From positions 9,464,938 to 9,528,937 of the forward strand of contig NC_057734.1 of the NCBI RefSeq assembly GCF_004010195.1: a stretch of DNA of 64,000 bases. The letters are read 5' to 3'. Below are positions 24,274 to 38,346 of this stretch, piece after piece. Below the pieces are notes generated by a model. That model worked only from the letters and a program-made list of their open reading frames with translations. It searched no databases and was not told the origin of the DNA. Positions within the stretch are counted from its first letter, which is position 1, and each line of letters starts with the position of its first letter. Origin of the DNA: Chiloscyllium plagiosum. Lineage: Eukaryota. Made by a program: the position numbers and the translations under genes.

Positions 24274-24707
24274 TGTGAGAGACGATTTCGGTACAAATAG
24301 TTAAGATGTGCATGACCTCAGAGTCTAAGGGGAATAGAGCCGTGGGGGTAGGGTAAAACATGCTTCTCTATAATAAAGGACGAGACATCTGCTGCTACAG
24401 AGTAGAAAAACAAGTCCTTGATTGATAAGACCACTAACTCTGACAGGGAAGAATAACTCCTTGACTGATAAGACTACAGGGTAGAAAAACAACTTGGGAA
24501 ACTGTTGCAGACTTTGTGAGAATGTGAACCTCGTGACTCTTTAGAGCTATAGAGGGGAGGGACTTGTACTGTATTTAATCAGAAACATTGTTAGCCTGGC
24601 GCGCCTTTTTCTCAGAAGGGTGCCCAACTCTGCAGACTTGCTAATAAAACTTTGTTTTCCTGAATTTGTCTAGAGCGATTATTGAGAAGCAATTTTCGTT
24701 TCTAACA
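24274..24707 (+). mobile_element. solo LTR (434 bp) with 5-bp TSD
   Basis: TGTGAGAGACG...CGTTTCTAACA imperfect inverted termini; actga on both sides (24269-73, 24708-12); internal direct repeats, TATA-like gtatttaa ~24571, AATAAA ~24643. Confidence 0.85.
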
Positions 24708-25105
24708 ACTGACAAAAAGCACTCGGAATGATTTCTGACGCACATTTGGATTAATGACAGGGGAAAATTTCTAATGCTAGTCTGTTCCTTTAATTTTCAG
24801 GCAGCATGAATTTATGTAGTACAGAGATAAGACATGCTAACAATTTAATAGATTCTTCATACGACAATACAAAAGGGAAGAAATAGACTATTTAGCCCTT
24901 TGAATCTGTTCAGTTTTTCAAGATGATCACCACTGAACTGTTTGTGCTTCACATTCCACATTTCCATCTACCCCAGTAACCTTAGATACATGAAACAAAA
25001 AACAGAAATTGTTGGAGAAAATCAGCAGGTGTGGCAGCATCTATGAAGAGAAAGCAGAGGTAATGTTTCGGGTCCAGTGACCTTTCTACAGACCATTAGA
25101 TATTT

Positions 25106-25208
25106 TCAAAGTTTGTGCGAAGATTTGTAGCTCGGGTGCTCGTTGTTGTGGTTCTGTTCGCCGAGCTGGAAGTTTTTGTTGCAAACGTTTCGTCCCCTGG
25201 CTAGGCGA
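25106..25208 (-). mobile_element. short truncated Penelope (Poseidon-type) insertion
   Basis: matches the terminus of 49522-49620 (gaagatttgtagctcgggtgctcgttg); flanked by 12-bp duplication cattagatattt. Confidence 0.8.
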
Positions 25209-27032
25209 CATTAGATATTTGTTTGGGAAGGGGATTAATCCACCTCTGAGACGTGAACCTGCCTCCACCACTTTTGGAGGCAGTGTTCCAAATTCTCTCA
25301 AGCTTCAGAAAAACAATTCTTGTCTCTATCTTAAAATGGCAATCTCCAATTTAATAAGTGTCCTCTGGTTCTGGAGTAACACCCACATCCCTTCTACATC
25401 CAACCTGTCAAGACCATGCAGAACCTTGAACACTTCACTCAAGTTGCAATCATCATTCTAAAGTGCTGTGGCAACAAGCCCAACATGTCCAACCTTTCAC
25501 AACAGGACAACCCACTTATTCCAGGAATCAATCTAGTAAACACCCTCTGAACTTCTGTGCACACTAGTTGCCCTTAAGACTGTGGTGGTTAAGCTGCCTT
25601 CTTGAATGGCCACAGTCCATGTGCTGCAAGGCAGACCTATAAGGGAGTGCATACTAACTTTACATGACTCATACACTAGAATACCTAAGCTCCTCTGTCT
25701 AATGAAAATTCCAATCTTCAGAAGTTAGATGTCACTGTGTTGCTACTCATAAGCTTTAGGAGAATGATATAGGATACATTTAGGTTAGCTGTGAGTTTAC
25801 TGAAAGAGGGACTCAAGCTCAGCAAAAGAACCAGAACAGCGTGAAAGGTTTAAAAAACAGATTGGTCATGTCGTTTAGCAGTAAACTTAGCACCAGTGTG
25901 ACATTCAGCAGTATGCAAAGTAGATGGATGGATTTGTTTTAAAAATACCCTATGATAATCTGGAAGGCACAGTTGAAAGCAGACTAGATAGTAGCTTGCA
26001 AAAGATAACTGAATATATGTACGAGAGGAAAAAACAAGGAAAGCACAGCAAATTAAATCAATGTTTTTTAAAAACATAATGGATTGAATGGTGTCTTCTC
26101 TAACTGTATAATTCTATGAACTAGCAACAGAGTATGGAAAGCAGACAAGTGATGAAAGTTTCAGTATGAAGTGAAAGAGGCAAAGCATTCAAACAGGCAA
26201 TGGGAAAATTCGAAAGGCAAGAAGGGTTCCGAAGAGATGCAAATCACAGATTTAGATCCACAGCAGCTGCCAAAACATGTGCCATAAATTTAAACCAACA
26301 ATTTATGCCATAAAAGCACAGCAGAGATTAGAGGGGATCCCATAATTTAGGTATGTTACATCATGTGGAGTCCATCAACACTTACAGTGTACTTTAATAT
26401 TACAATAAAACGTTATAATATCTAACAAAACCAACTGTTAGCCTACAGCTGCAAAGCTTCACAGGACCTTGGGGAACATCGACAAATTCAACAATTATCC
26501 TACTTTCAGAGATGATGTCCATCTGCAAGGTCTTGTCTCCTCCATTTCCCTGTTGACTTACTGTAAAAACAAAACCATCTCTTTCCTACACAGCTGATTT
26601 ACAGCATTCTCCATTCAGTTCACGTGTGCTTGCTCTGTTATATGGAATTTGGATAGTGGTACTGCTGGACATTGGGGAGGTGGACAAACAAAGAATCTCA
26701 TTTCATATTTAAACCCCATGTTTATTTTGTGTAAAACAAAGAACAATCAAGCTTAATGTCTCAGGTGGTCTACAATTTGATCCACTATTGCACATACATG
26801 CTTTTCACCACAAAGGTGACCAAACCTGAATGCAGCACTTCAAATCCGATCTGACTCATGTATTAAAAAGTTTCATTTCATGGAAGATTATGTTTATTCC
26901 TGAAGGCAAAAATCATGTGAGCCTCTTGTATTTCAAACACCCACTGCATTAAGAATAAATAAAGTTGTGCTAACAGCAAAAGCGAGCACTGTTGAGAATG
27001 GAATTATAGCTGCAAGAGTTGGCTTTGCTTAC

Positions 27033-27113
27033 CTGATCAGTTGTGCTTAGGGGCAACATTAATTCCGTCCGGGCATCCATCAGCTGTTTCGCTTTTTTCT
27101 TCATATCTTCATC
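27033..27113 (-). CDS. CHEK2: CHEK2 coding exon 13
   Basis: 81 nt DEDMKKKAKQLMDARTELMLPLSTTDQ, ag|...|gtaagc. Confidence 0.9.
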
Positions 27114-29116
27114 CTTGTTTGAAGCATAATTCAGCATGATAAAAATTAATAGTTTCTATCGAATGACACCAGCTATGTACAATTCTATAAAGTAACTAAG
27201 CAATTAAAAGTTGAAACTGCCTTTGATGAAGAAATTTAAATTAAAACAAGACTTAAAAAAGATGCATTACCCAAGGAAAATCCTGAACCCATTCCAACCA
27301 TAACAAGGTCCTGATCATAGTCAAAAACCTGGGTTTAAAGTAGAGCCAATTGGGTCCCCACCCTGCCTCTAAGTTCAAGCTGCTGTGATAACTTACAAGT
27401 TGTAACTTGAAACTATAGAGAGCATTGGTAGAAGCCCTAATATTCCTTTCATCATATAACTGACCTTTCATCATATAACTGACTTTCTTGTTGTCACTGA
27501 CCGTCATTTGGGTAGGTGGGAAGGATTTACAACAAAGGAGGCGGTCATTCAACACACACCCCTGTTCCTCACCCAAATCTCAATGATGTTGGCATGTATC
27601 CCAGAACACAGAGGAAAGCCCAGGGGCAAGATAATATCGAAGGCTCTGACCAGTCTTTCAAATGATTTTTGAATATGGATGTTATACCAAGGCACTGGAG
27701 AAATAGCAGTGCAAATAAATAAACTGCGTTAGTTACAGACTAGGCAACCTTCATTTTGAGGAGATGAAATAGGACAAAATTACTCCACGTTGTGAATAAT
27801 TAGCTAAATCCAGGTCTTTCTGATAAATAGAAAATAAAGAGTTTTTAAAGGTACTAACAATATTGATAAAATGAAATGCACAGAATCTTGTGTATGTATT
27901 GATTTTTTAAAAGTACTGCCATAATATGTAGAGAGAACAGATTAACAGATTGGAGAGATAGCAGTCAAGTGAAATTTAATATTCAAAGGTGTGCTTCAAT
28001 GCATCTTAGAAGCAGAAGTGAATTCAAGTGCAAGGACAAAGTGATAAAGCCAGTCTTAAAAAAATGTGATACCAGATTGTACACAACACAAGCAGAGATG
28101 ATGAAAGCAGTGACAACATTAAACTGCTTTGAATTATTGATTAGACTATTAGGACAGTGTTGAAAAGTGTGGCGCTAGAAAAGTACAACAGGTCAGGAGC
28201 AGGAGAATCGGTGTTTCTGGCATAAGCTCTTCATCTCTGCTTTTCCAGCGCCACACTTTTCAAGTCTGCTTCCAGTCCTCACTTTCTCTGTTAAAGCACC
28301 ATCTAGTCTCAAAGTCTTACTTTAAACCCAGGTTTTTGACTATGATTAATACAAAAAAGCTGAGGTTTCTTTGTAAGTGCTGGGAAATTCAGAAGGCAAC
28401 TTGAAAATTCTAAACACTGACTGCAAATAAAACAATTTGACTGGTTATGTCTGGTATAAGCTAAACAGGTATAATTTTAAAGGGAAAGGGTCAGCAACTT
28501 TTTCTCTCTTCGGTGACACTGTAGTGGTTAGAATATGATTCACCAGATATAAAGTTAATGGAATAGAATTTTAAAAATTCAAAATACAAACAGAGTATTT
28601 GGAAAAGTATATGTATCTAGATAAATTACAAGGTTTATGGTTGGGTCTTGGAGAGCTGGCAGAGGCAAAATGCACCGAATAGCCTGGTGTATAAAATTCC
28701 AGAATTTGAGAGAATAACTACAGACAATTAAACTTTTCTGAAATTGCAAAGAAATCAAACAAATGTATTTCCTAGTATTTCTAATCCTTATCTCCATAAC
28801 ATGCATTAGTCTGTTCACTTAGTTTTTTTTTGGTAACGTCCAAGCCTACCCAAGAAACAAAAGCAGCAATAGTTCGTGTGACCTTTCAAGCCTGATCCAC
28901 CATTCAATAATTTTAATTAAATTTAAATTAATAAGTTAATTATCATCCATGATTTGAGTAGTTTGATTAACTTGTGGTCACCCCAGTTGATAGTGGGGTT
29001 TGCGTATCAGCACACCTTCCCAAGTGGGTTATGACGATTATAGCGACCAGCTATGAGCAATACTACAAGACAACAGCTGGTGTCTACGCTTCAATAATTT
29101 TAAAGGACATCTCTAC

Positions 29117-29202
29117 CTGCATCCAAGAGTGATTAAGAGCTTCTTTTGTTGTGAATCTTTTATTTGGGTCCACGTTAAGCAGCTGCTTCACCAAGTCCTT
29201 TG
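29117..29202 (-). CDS. CHEK2: CHEK2 coding exon 12
   Basis: 86 nt (A)[28 protein letters not shown]. Confidence 0.95.
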
Positions 29203-29795
29203 CTAAGCAGAAATAAGGGTGGAAATTTATTGTGTACAGAAGAAAGTCATACAAATAAAGTTGCCATTTAAAGGCAGGATAACATTACCAATTAATTCCT
29301 CATGTGCAAATTTTTTACTTTTTTTAAATTCTCAGCTTCCAACCATCTGTTCAGCTATAAAGGAACATAGCTTTAATTTAGGTTGGGAATGAGCATTAAA
29401 TATTTGGTGTCTTTCATTCAAATCTTGCTACTAAAAATTATCAATATCTTTATTAAATTTAGTTTTCTCTGCTTTCTTACATTTTGTCTTTAAAGAAACT
29501 GGTAATCCCTCTATATAGCAACTATGTTGCCCAAATACTCTCCACAAGTGTCAATACTGAATTGAACATTAAAGAATTCCAATGTTCATAGATAGCAAAA
29601 ACAAAAAAACAAGTTGGTGGTGTGAGTGGAGGAGGAGACATTTGGCGGTGGAGGGGGTGGGGGGGAANNNNNNNNNNNNNNNNNNNNNNNNNNNNNNNNN
29701 NNNAAGAGAGAGAGGATGACTTAATAAAGTTTTAATGCTTTGAATGCTGATCACATTTCACTCAATCCTTTCCCTTAATTACAAATTACACTTAC

Positions 29796-29911
29796 CTGCT
29801 TCAGAGACATTTGCCCAGCACTGCGGGATGAACTTGTAATGTCCATTTATGATTTGATCCCTCAAATTCATGTCTTTGATTTGATCACTAAATGGTGGAT
29901 ACCCACCCAAG
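29796..29911 (-). CDS. CHEK2: CHEK2 coding exon 11
   Basis: 116 nt LGGYPPFSDQIKDMNLRDQIINGHYKFIPQCWANVSEA. Confidence 0.95.
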
Positions 29912-31101
29912 CTGAAAAACAAAATGCAGTCTCCATTCTAGTAACTATAGAGGGACTTGGTTATTCACTTTGCCAATTGCTCACAAGATATTCTTCCAAA
30001 ATAATACTTTGTACAAGACATGGATGCCAAGCTCCTTTTGTTGGATTGAAATATGCAATAAGACAAAAAAAATTCATCCTATGAAACATTATATTATCGC
30101 TAAGTATCTGGTCTTTGTGCATATGGATTAATGTTGCCTCAAGTGCAAGACCAAACCTTTTTGAGGTCTTTAGTATTCACCAATTTTCATGATCTACTGA
30201 GGAGGGTCATGCCCTCCTTTCTCACTTACCAAATAGCAGCTGCATTTTAAACAGAAGTCAAAACAAATTGTACAACTTATGTTCACCCTCCATTTAATAA
30301 AACAAATCTGTTCAGAAGCCATAAGAATCAATATAGATGAACTGTGTCCTTTTCAAAACTTAATAAATCATTCTGAAGTTTAAGCAAGTTAATATTACAT
30401 TAATTTCAAACACAGATTAACTCCACATATACTTTAAGACACTTTCCGGCTGATATTTTTCATAGAGGAAGAATTACCTATTTGAACTTCTACAGAGTAC
30501 AAACAACACAAAGAATGTCTAAACATATGAAAGTACAGTTAAGAGTGCACAGAAAAAGACCCACTAGTCCACTCAGCCTATGCCTTCCAGTTCATACATT
30601 GCAATACATGAAATTCTCAATGCCAGCTTCTGATTTGCACACAATTCAAAACCACATGTTGCCAGTCTTTTAATGATTTTTTTTTTTAAATGGGCAAGAA
30701 AAAAAAACATTGCAGTTACCTTCAGATGTTATACCTTCCTATATTCTTAAGAAGCAATAACTTTAACTGGCCCACAAAGAAAAGATTTGATCCATAGTGG
30801 ATGCATTCTAGTAAGACAAATAACTGGAGATGCTGGAAATTTGAAACAAAACCATGCTGGAGCAAGTCAACAAGTCTGGCAGCAACTATAAAGAGAAAAA
30901 CAGACTGGCCATCTGCTTTTCAAAGCAAGTCCTACATGCCATCAAGTCACTACAAACACACAAGTGTTTACAAACTAACAGTTCACTTCAAACAAAGTGA
31001 AAATTGCAATTAATTGTGCTTCAGTTTACTAGATCACTGTACAAAAAAATTTCTATCCGAAAACCAACACTTGATGAAATTCATGCAAAGCAAATGACTT
31101 A

Positions 31102-31374
<273 letters not shown>

Positions 31375-31980
31375 TTATATGAAGGAGAATGGAGCAATTA
31401 CTAAATACAGTTTGCATGGATTTCACAGCAGTTTTCACAATTTACACAGCATTTAACATGGTTCAACATCCATTATATGAATGTGTGAAGGGTGGGCAAC
31501 AAATGCTGGCTTTGCCACAACATCTGCAAGCAACTGAAGAGTAAAGGAGCAAGGCAAATTTAAATGGTAATTTTTTTGAGATAACTGCGCAGAGGGAAAG
31601 TTCAATTAATATAAATGATTAGGATAACTTCTTTATTTATTTAAACCTATTTTTGTAATCAAACTGTTCAGCGACATTATGACACACCCCTGGAGCAGGC
31701 AGGACTTGAACCTAGGCCTCCTGGTCTAGGGGTAGGGACACCACCACTCACCCCACATACTGCTGCACGCAATACTAGAAATACATCGGATTCAAGTTTG
31801 GTCAGATTAACCTATTCGTATTGCTGTTTCTCTGCGGATAGTAGGCCAAGGAGACGCAACAACAACACCATGCATTTACCATTGGACTAGTGGGGAATCA
31901 GTTCAAATTCCACCAAGCAAGCTGGAGTTCAAAAGAAAATTAATAAATCTGGAAAATAAAACTAGTCCTGAAATGGCAAT

Positions 31981-32665
31981 TGTTACAACACAGGGTAAAC
32001 CCTCCTGTTTAATTTACACCAGCAACACAGAAAAGATTTATCCCATGCAGTAATCTGTGAAAATTCAAGAGGCCAAGAACTATTTAAAGTAATTTTATTT
32101 CTTAAAAGATAATGAACTAATAACTATTTATAACTCCTTCCTCTAACCTATCTTCCCTTCTATAATACTAGTCTGATAATAACCTCTGATTAAGATTTAT
32201 CAAAAATTCAAGTTTTCAAACCCAGCCAGCTGTCGAATCTTCTATTTGGATCTCCCAGTGTCTTTTTTTCTTCTTCTTAGGGATTATGCTTCACAGGACA
32301 CTAATCGATAAAGGTATCTTTAAGAGCTATTTTTCAGGCAATCTCTACCTGCTGGTGGCATGGCAGTTCTCCTCCCAACTGTTCAACGTTCCCTGGTCTT
32401 ATACCCCCCCCCCCCAAAGCATTGGATTGTGTCATTGGCTTTTAAGATTATCAATATACTAAATTCAAACTTGATTGGAATTTGTTTTTTTTGGGGGGAT
32501 ATAATTTAAACTGATTGGCCTAATTCAAATCTGTTTTTGTCTCCAGGCAACCAGCTACCCCAGTAGCTGGACCACATGTTACATTGTATCTTATTCAGAA
32601 TACTTGGGGCTGTCAGGTAGTTCTGCTAGTTTTTAAACTCTCTTAAAAGGTACAGTACACCCACA
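31981..32665 (-). mobile_element. solo LTR of the same family as the 61111-61725 LTR, inserted in a SINE
   Basis: reverse complement matches 61111-61725 along its length (gggtaaaccctcctg, aggtatctttaagagctattt, tgtctccaggcaaccagct, tacagtacacccaca); apparent caat duplication; about 11-13 nt of one terminus missing. Confidence 0.85.
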
Positions 32666-33633
32666 ATGATGAAACAATCATCATAAAAACTCATCCATTT
32701 ACTAACATACTTTATGGAAAGAAATTTGTTATCCTTATCTAGTCTGACAAACACATCCATTCAGACCCATAGCAAAAGTGGCTGACTCTTACCCAACCTC
32801 TGAAATGCCCTGACCGGCTAGAAAAGCAAGCCACACAGCTCTAGGGATGGAAAACAAATGCTGACTTTGCCTGCATCATTCATATTCCATATAAGAAATG
32901 AATTAAACTTGAAACCTTTTTTAAACAAACACTCTTGTGTCTAATGAAACATTTTAGGAAATACTGCTCTCAAATCAGATAGCAGACAAGGGTTTGGGCT
33001 ATAAAAAGTGTTTTAAAAGGATAAATACATTTTCAGGAAGAAATTCCAGAACTTGACCTGGACGGCTGCTAGTGATAGGAAAATGTAAACTAGGGAAATT
33101 TAGTCTGGTCTGAGTCATGATCATTGCATTCCCGTGAGGATTTGCTGTGGTCCGCCAGTGTTGTGTAATTTAAAACCAGGTGCACAACAAGATCCACAAG
33201 GAGGATGAGATTTAAAAATTAAGAGCCAGAAAGGAAGATGGTAACAAAAATTGCCATTTGGTCAAGTAACAGTTGATATCAACCAGCTTATCATAATGAG
33301 AAGATAAAGAAAACAAAGGTGGAAGTCTTCAATAAACAGAAGTTTTGGAATGTTGCCTAATATCAAGGGTGCAAATTGTTATGGGGTGAAGTCATTTTAA
33401 ATACCAGTATATAGAAACAGTCATAAATCAGAATCAGTGCAGCTACAGAATGTTACAAACGAAATTTCATGCAGAAATAAGATAACTGGGTAAAATAGTC
33501 CGTATACCACGTAGATGAAATGCAACAGTGGCTGATGTTCAATGCATCGTTTTACTGCCACTACATTTGGTACACTCTCAATACTATTTCGGTTTTACCA
33601 GTAGATGGCATCAAACTGCATCATAATCCTTAC

Positions 33634-33720
33634 CTTAATGAGGCAGTTCTCTTCATTGTTCGCAAGCAGTACATTCTCTGGTTTGAGATCTCGGTGGGTG
33701 ATGTTATTTTCATGAAGGTA
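33634..33720 (-). CDS. CHEK2: CHEK2 coding exon 9 (catalytic loop)
   Basis: 87 nt [29 protein letters not shown]. Confidence 0.97.
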
Positions 33721-34259
33721 CTGTAATTAGATTGAAAATTTAATGTCCTCTGATCTTTTGAATTTTAAACTAAATTATATTTTGTTATGCTATATTATCC
33801 CTGTGTGATTTAGAATCTATGGACATACATAAATATCCAGAATTCCAGATTAATCACTAATGCATCACTGTACATTGAACTAACAACAATCGAGTCTGCT
33901 GCAGTGACAAGGAAAATGGAGCTTCAGATTTTAAATGTCTTGTTTCAAGCTTCCTACAAGACAAGATACAATGCATTCACTTGCTCTCTCCTCTCCAACT
34001 CAACACACTGATTTCCTATCTTCCTAGTTCTTTGATCTGTGGCTAAAAAAGTAAACCCTTCTGGCCTTGCAACCTCTAACAATATCACCTAAATTTTAAA
34101 ATATTCTCAAGAGAGGAGTAACAACAGCAAAGCCACATTTATTGCCCTTTTCCTGCTGCCCTGCAAAGAGCCAGTGGGCCAAATCTCAAAGAGCAATTAT
34201 TCTTTCTTAAACTGCAGTTTTTGCCAGCTCACACCAGAGTTAATTAAAAGGTCAAACAA

Positions 34260-35330
34260 ATAATTGGAATAGAAACAGAAAATGCAGGAAATACTTAGAT
34301 CAGATGGCATCAGTGGAGAAAAAGTTGTTTTAAGGTCAACGATTTTATACCAGAGAAAAAGTTAGAAATTTAATAACTTTTTTTAAGTGAGTGAAAAGAA
34401 GAAATGGTGGATAAAGATGAACAGAAATGGTTTATGAAAAAGTAGCAATCTACAGATATTAAACAAAGAAGTTGGTGGGACAAGGACAAAATGAATGGTC
34501 AACATATAAGAAACAAATAATTGTTCGAAAAGAGATGTGAAAGGCAGAATGATGAACAGTTTCCATCCAGAGAGAGAAAACAATAAAATTGAAACCTGTA
34601 AAGCAAAAAGGAAAGAATATCCGTGCAGAAACTGTTGAAAGTAAATCTGATTCCGGAAAGCTGTAAAGCATTGAACTAAAAGATGAAATGTCATTTGAGC
34701 ATATGTTGAGTTTGAATGGAAAACCAAAGGATGTCAAGGACAGAAGGGTCACTGCAGGAAGAAGTTGGAAAATTAATGAAACAGGAAGAGAGAGAGGGGG
34801 AGGGAGGGAGAGAGATAGAAATAAAGCAGGTGCTGTTGATACAGAATGGTGTCTTGGGAAAGGGAGCAGAAGATGGATTAGGTGATGGCAACAGTGGCAA
34901 AACTAGAGGATGATCAACTGAAATTAAGGCTAGCTGTGTGTAAGGTGAGCACTAAGAAACCCTATGATAGTCTGGGAAGGAGGATGACTGAAGTGTGGAA
35001 AATCAGTTGAGTTGTGGGGACAGGCAAATCCTTAGCAGAGGTAAAGGGAAGAGATGTCAGAAGTACTGGTATGGAAGACTGCATCATCAGAATAGAATGG
35101 AATTTTACAGGAAATAGGACATGGAGGTAGATGTTCAAGTTTGCAGCCTCGGCTCAGAAACAGAGAAATCGAGAAGGAGAAGCAAACAGGCAGAGATGAT
35201 GACATTAAAGTGGGAGAGTAATGTGAAAATTGGAAGCAAAGTTGATTAAATTTTCCAGCTCAGGTAAATAACAGAAAATGGCACTGATATATGACTGTAT
35301 CAGTGTACTATAAACAAATAAAAAAAGGCA
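34260..35330 (-). mobile_element. old degenerate Penelope-like element
   Basis: terminal motif aaacagaaaatgcaggaaatacttag at ~34272 and purine-rich body resembling 47515-48620; no intact ORF. Confidence 0.45.
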
Positions 35331-36549
35331 AGAAAGGGTCTTCAGAGGGACAGAAACAAGGAAAATTTAACTGATCTTGCAGTTTTACTTTTCCCACAAG
35401 GTAAATTACCTGTGATAGAGAATTGCTTCGGTGAGGGCAAAGATGACAACTTTCAAGTAATAATAAATGAACTACTTTAAGCATGCAGAAAGGGAGAAAA
35501 TGCAGTAAGTAATAAATAAAACATTTGGAACTACTTGGGCTTTTGGCAAGAATGGTAGAATATCCTAGAGATTTGTTTAATTTCCTTCTCTTAGGTTATG
35601 GCTGCAGGGAGGATGAATCATGGGTTGGAATATGGGAGTTAAAATTGTCAAAGAATGGGAGGCAGCATATAGTTCTGATGGCCTTTTCTCATCCTTGACA
35701 TAACCATAAAATTACAAGAAACTGTCAAACACAGAATCAAAACAAGTGACAGTTTTTAAAAACAAATAAGAGTTAAAAAATTCACAATTCTAAATACTAG
35801 ATATTTAACTAGAGATTTATCACCTTTTGAGACTTCTGAGTCTTTTTTCTTAGGCCCCTCGGAACTTTTGGTAGCGTTTTGACAATGCAAAGTCGTGCTC
35901 CCACATGAAGTTCACCAGTGTGACCATTCGTTAGGAGGCTGATGAGATGCGAATAAGTTTAAGCCTCAACAACCACATGTACAAACACATTAAAAGTCAG
36001 ATGTAATTAAGTCAATTTTCAGGTTTAAAATAGGTTCCAGTAAAATGTTAAATTGTAGTTGGTGGAAGACAGACAGGACTACCTTTGTAGTTCTGGGAGA
36101 AAGAGTAACAGATAAATTTTCCTGTGTCTTAGCAATGTCTAGTGTAACACCAAACTATGTAACATTGGTTCAAATTCTACTTAATGCAATTAGCCAAGTT
36201 CAGTAAAGGAAGCAGTATATGTAATACTAGTCCTATTCTTGTGATAGTCAATTCATAGCCTGATTTAGTTTCTACCTGCTGGTATAATATTTTTATATTT
36301 CTTATTCCAACTCTCTCTCCTAGAACTGCAGGCTCAGGAAATTCTATTCTCAGCATTAAATAAATGAAAAATGTTATATTCACCAACATGGGTTAATCTA
36401 AGAAAATCCTTTTGAATGCAGTAAAGGCAACACTATATATAGAAATGTCTTTGGTGAGTAAAGAACAAATGTGTCCCTAACAATTATATTAAAAGGAGTG
36501 AAAAATAAATAAGGAGATCTGAGGGTAAATTCAGTGACAAATCAGATTT

Positions 36550-36575
36550 AAAGAGACAGAGAGAGAGTCACAGAC

Positions 36576-36614
<39 letters not shown>
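36550..36614. repeat. (GA)n/(GACA)n microsatellite
   Basis: directly visible. Confidence 0.9.
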
Positions 36615-38246
36615 GCACGAGCTCATTTTAAAATTTGATACTTTTAAAATTTCAACAACTCAGAACCTCTAGACAATTTCTTTCCACATTTTAAATTTTC
36701 ATTTTCTGGGCAAAAGAAGTGGTTTGGCAGTCGTTATCATTGTTAACTGAATACTTGCATCAACTTCTACCATTCTACGTGGTGAATTGATGGAACAATT
36801 ACCAAACTTAACAACTACATAAATATCACCAGAAGGTTAAGGTGAATGATGCTGTTTCACAAAGCTAATAAGAAAATCATACAAAAATTGGCTAGCAACT
36901 TATGACAGTTCAGTTACTGCTTCTTTTCTACAAGATTTACTAATCAATTTGCACATCATTTACATGCTATTATTTTTTTCCCCAGTAAATCCTTGGCATT
37001 AACTGTTAAAAGGTATTTTAAAATTCATGCATACTTCACCACTCTTTAAAAAAAAAACTTGGTATTTTTGCAGTCCATATTTCTGACACAAATTAACATG
37101 TCTGCTTGTTTAAATTCTGAGGCAAACTAATTTGGAAAACTACATTATTTAGATTAATATTCCACAAGTTCAAAATACTTTGAGATCCAAGCTTGAAATT
37201 CAGATAAAGTTAAGCCAGTAGTAACAGGTTACTAAATCTGATGTGCGGCAAGACAACGAGGCACTGCAATGGAATTAAGTAGTAAAAAATTTTAGCAACA
37301 CATGAAGAGAAAGATGTCTTCTTATCAGCAGAGTAAGGAAAGAAGAAACAAATGAGAATGTTCATTTGAAAAGTGTCTCATGAAACTATTATATTCATGT
37401 TGGTGGATTTCTCAACAAAAATCAGTGGCAGAAATTTAGAGGGCCAGAGAAAGTTCACCTCACTCCAGAAGGAAAGTCACAGATGTAAAATAAGTCTGTG
37501 CCACAACATATTGCAAACAACCCAGATTAGTAGAGTGAGGCCATCATCTCTCTGGAGGAAGCTGCATTCTTTTGAGCTGCCAGAGAATCTCTGATGTGGG
37601 GGTGGTCAGAATGGGTTTGAAACTATACATTCAGACATGTTATGACACATCTCTGGCTCAGTGAAAGGCTTAAGTGAGTTTTTTTTTTTAAACATACTTT
37701 ACTGAATCTTAGGTATTTATTTACCATGATGGGCAGGCTGATTGGTTTGGCATCCACCCATCCTTTGTATTGTGGGGATGAGCTCAAGGTGCTTGGCCAT
37801 GTGGGGAGTACCCATCCTATCATACATGCATTCTATCACACAAGAGCAAGTCTGTTCTTTGTGTGGTCCTGGTGGTGGTGATGGTGATGGGTTGGGGGCA
37901 GAGGAAGAGAAATGGAGTAAGCAAAAGAAAATAGTGATCATTCCTAAATCTGATCATTATGTAACGACTCTGAGAAAAGGCTGACGTGAGGAAAGGATTA
38001 TGTAGTCCCAGGCTCCTTGTTCTTTTGATAAGTGAATGGGCAGCTGGAATTCATGACAATATTCCAACATGAACTAACACCTTCCGGAGAAGAAGTAATT
38101 AGTTAGAAAAGCAGGATAGGAATAGCGGTTGAGATAACAGACATGTTTCTAAACCAAAATAAAGAGTTAGCTGCTTTTAGTTCATCAGCATAGAAATTTG
38201 TTACATTTGTTGCTCACAACATATAATACAAATTGTAGCTACATAC

Positions 38247-38346
38247 TTGGACTGCAAGAAGCATCTGATAGAACAGCAGTTTGGTCGTTTGTTCTTTAAG
38301 TCCTTTCGAGCGGACTACTCGATCAAAAAGCTCGCCACCTTCCATC
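38247..38346 (-). CDS. CHEK2: CHEK2 coding exon 8
   Basis: 100 nt [33 protein letters not shown]. Confidence 0.97.

Noticed and set aside
29668-29703. N run next to a G-rich tract (also 3252-3277)
   Set aside because: Assembly gaps, not biological features
37623-37984. Overlapping short ORFs in a GC-richer intronic patch
   Set aside because: No recognisable motif or splice pattern, and the CHEK2 exon chain is complete without it
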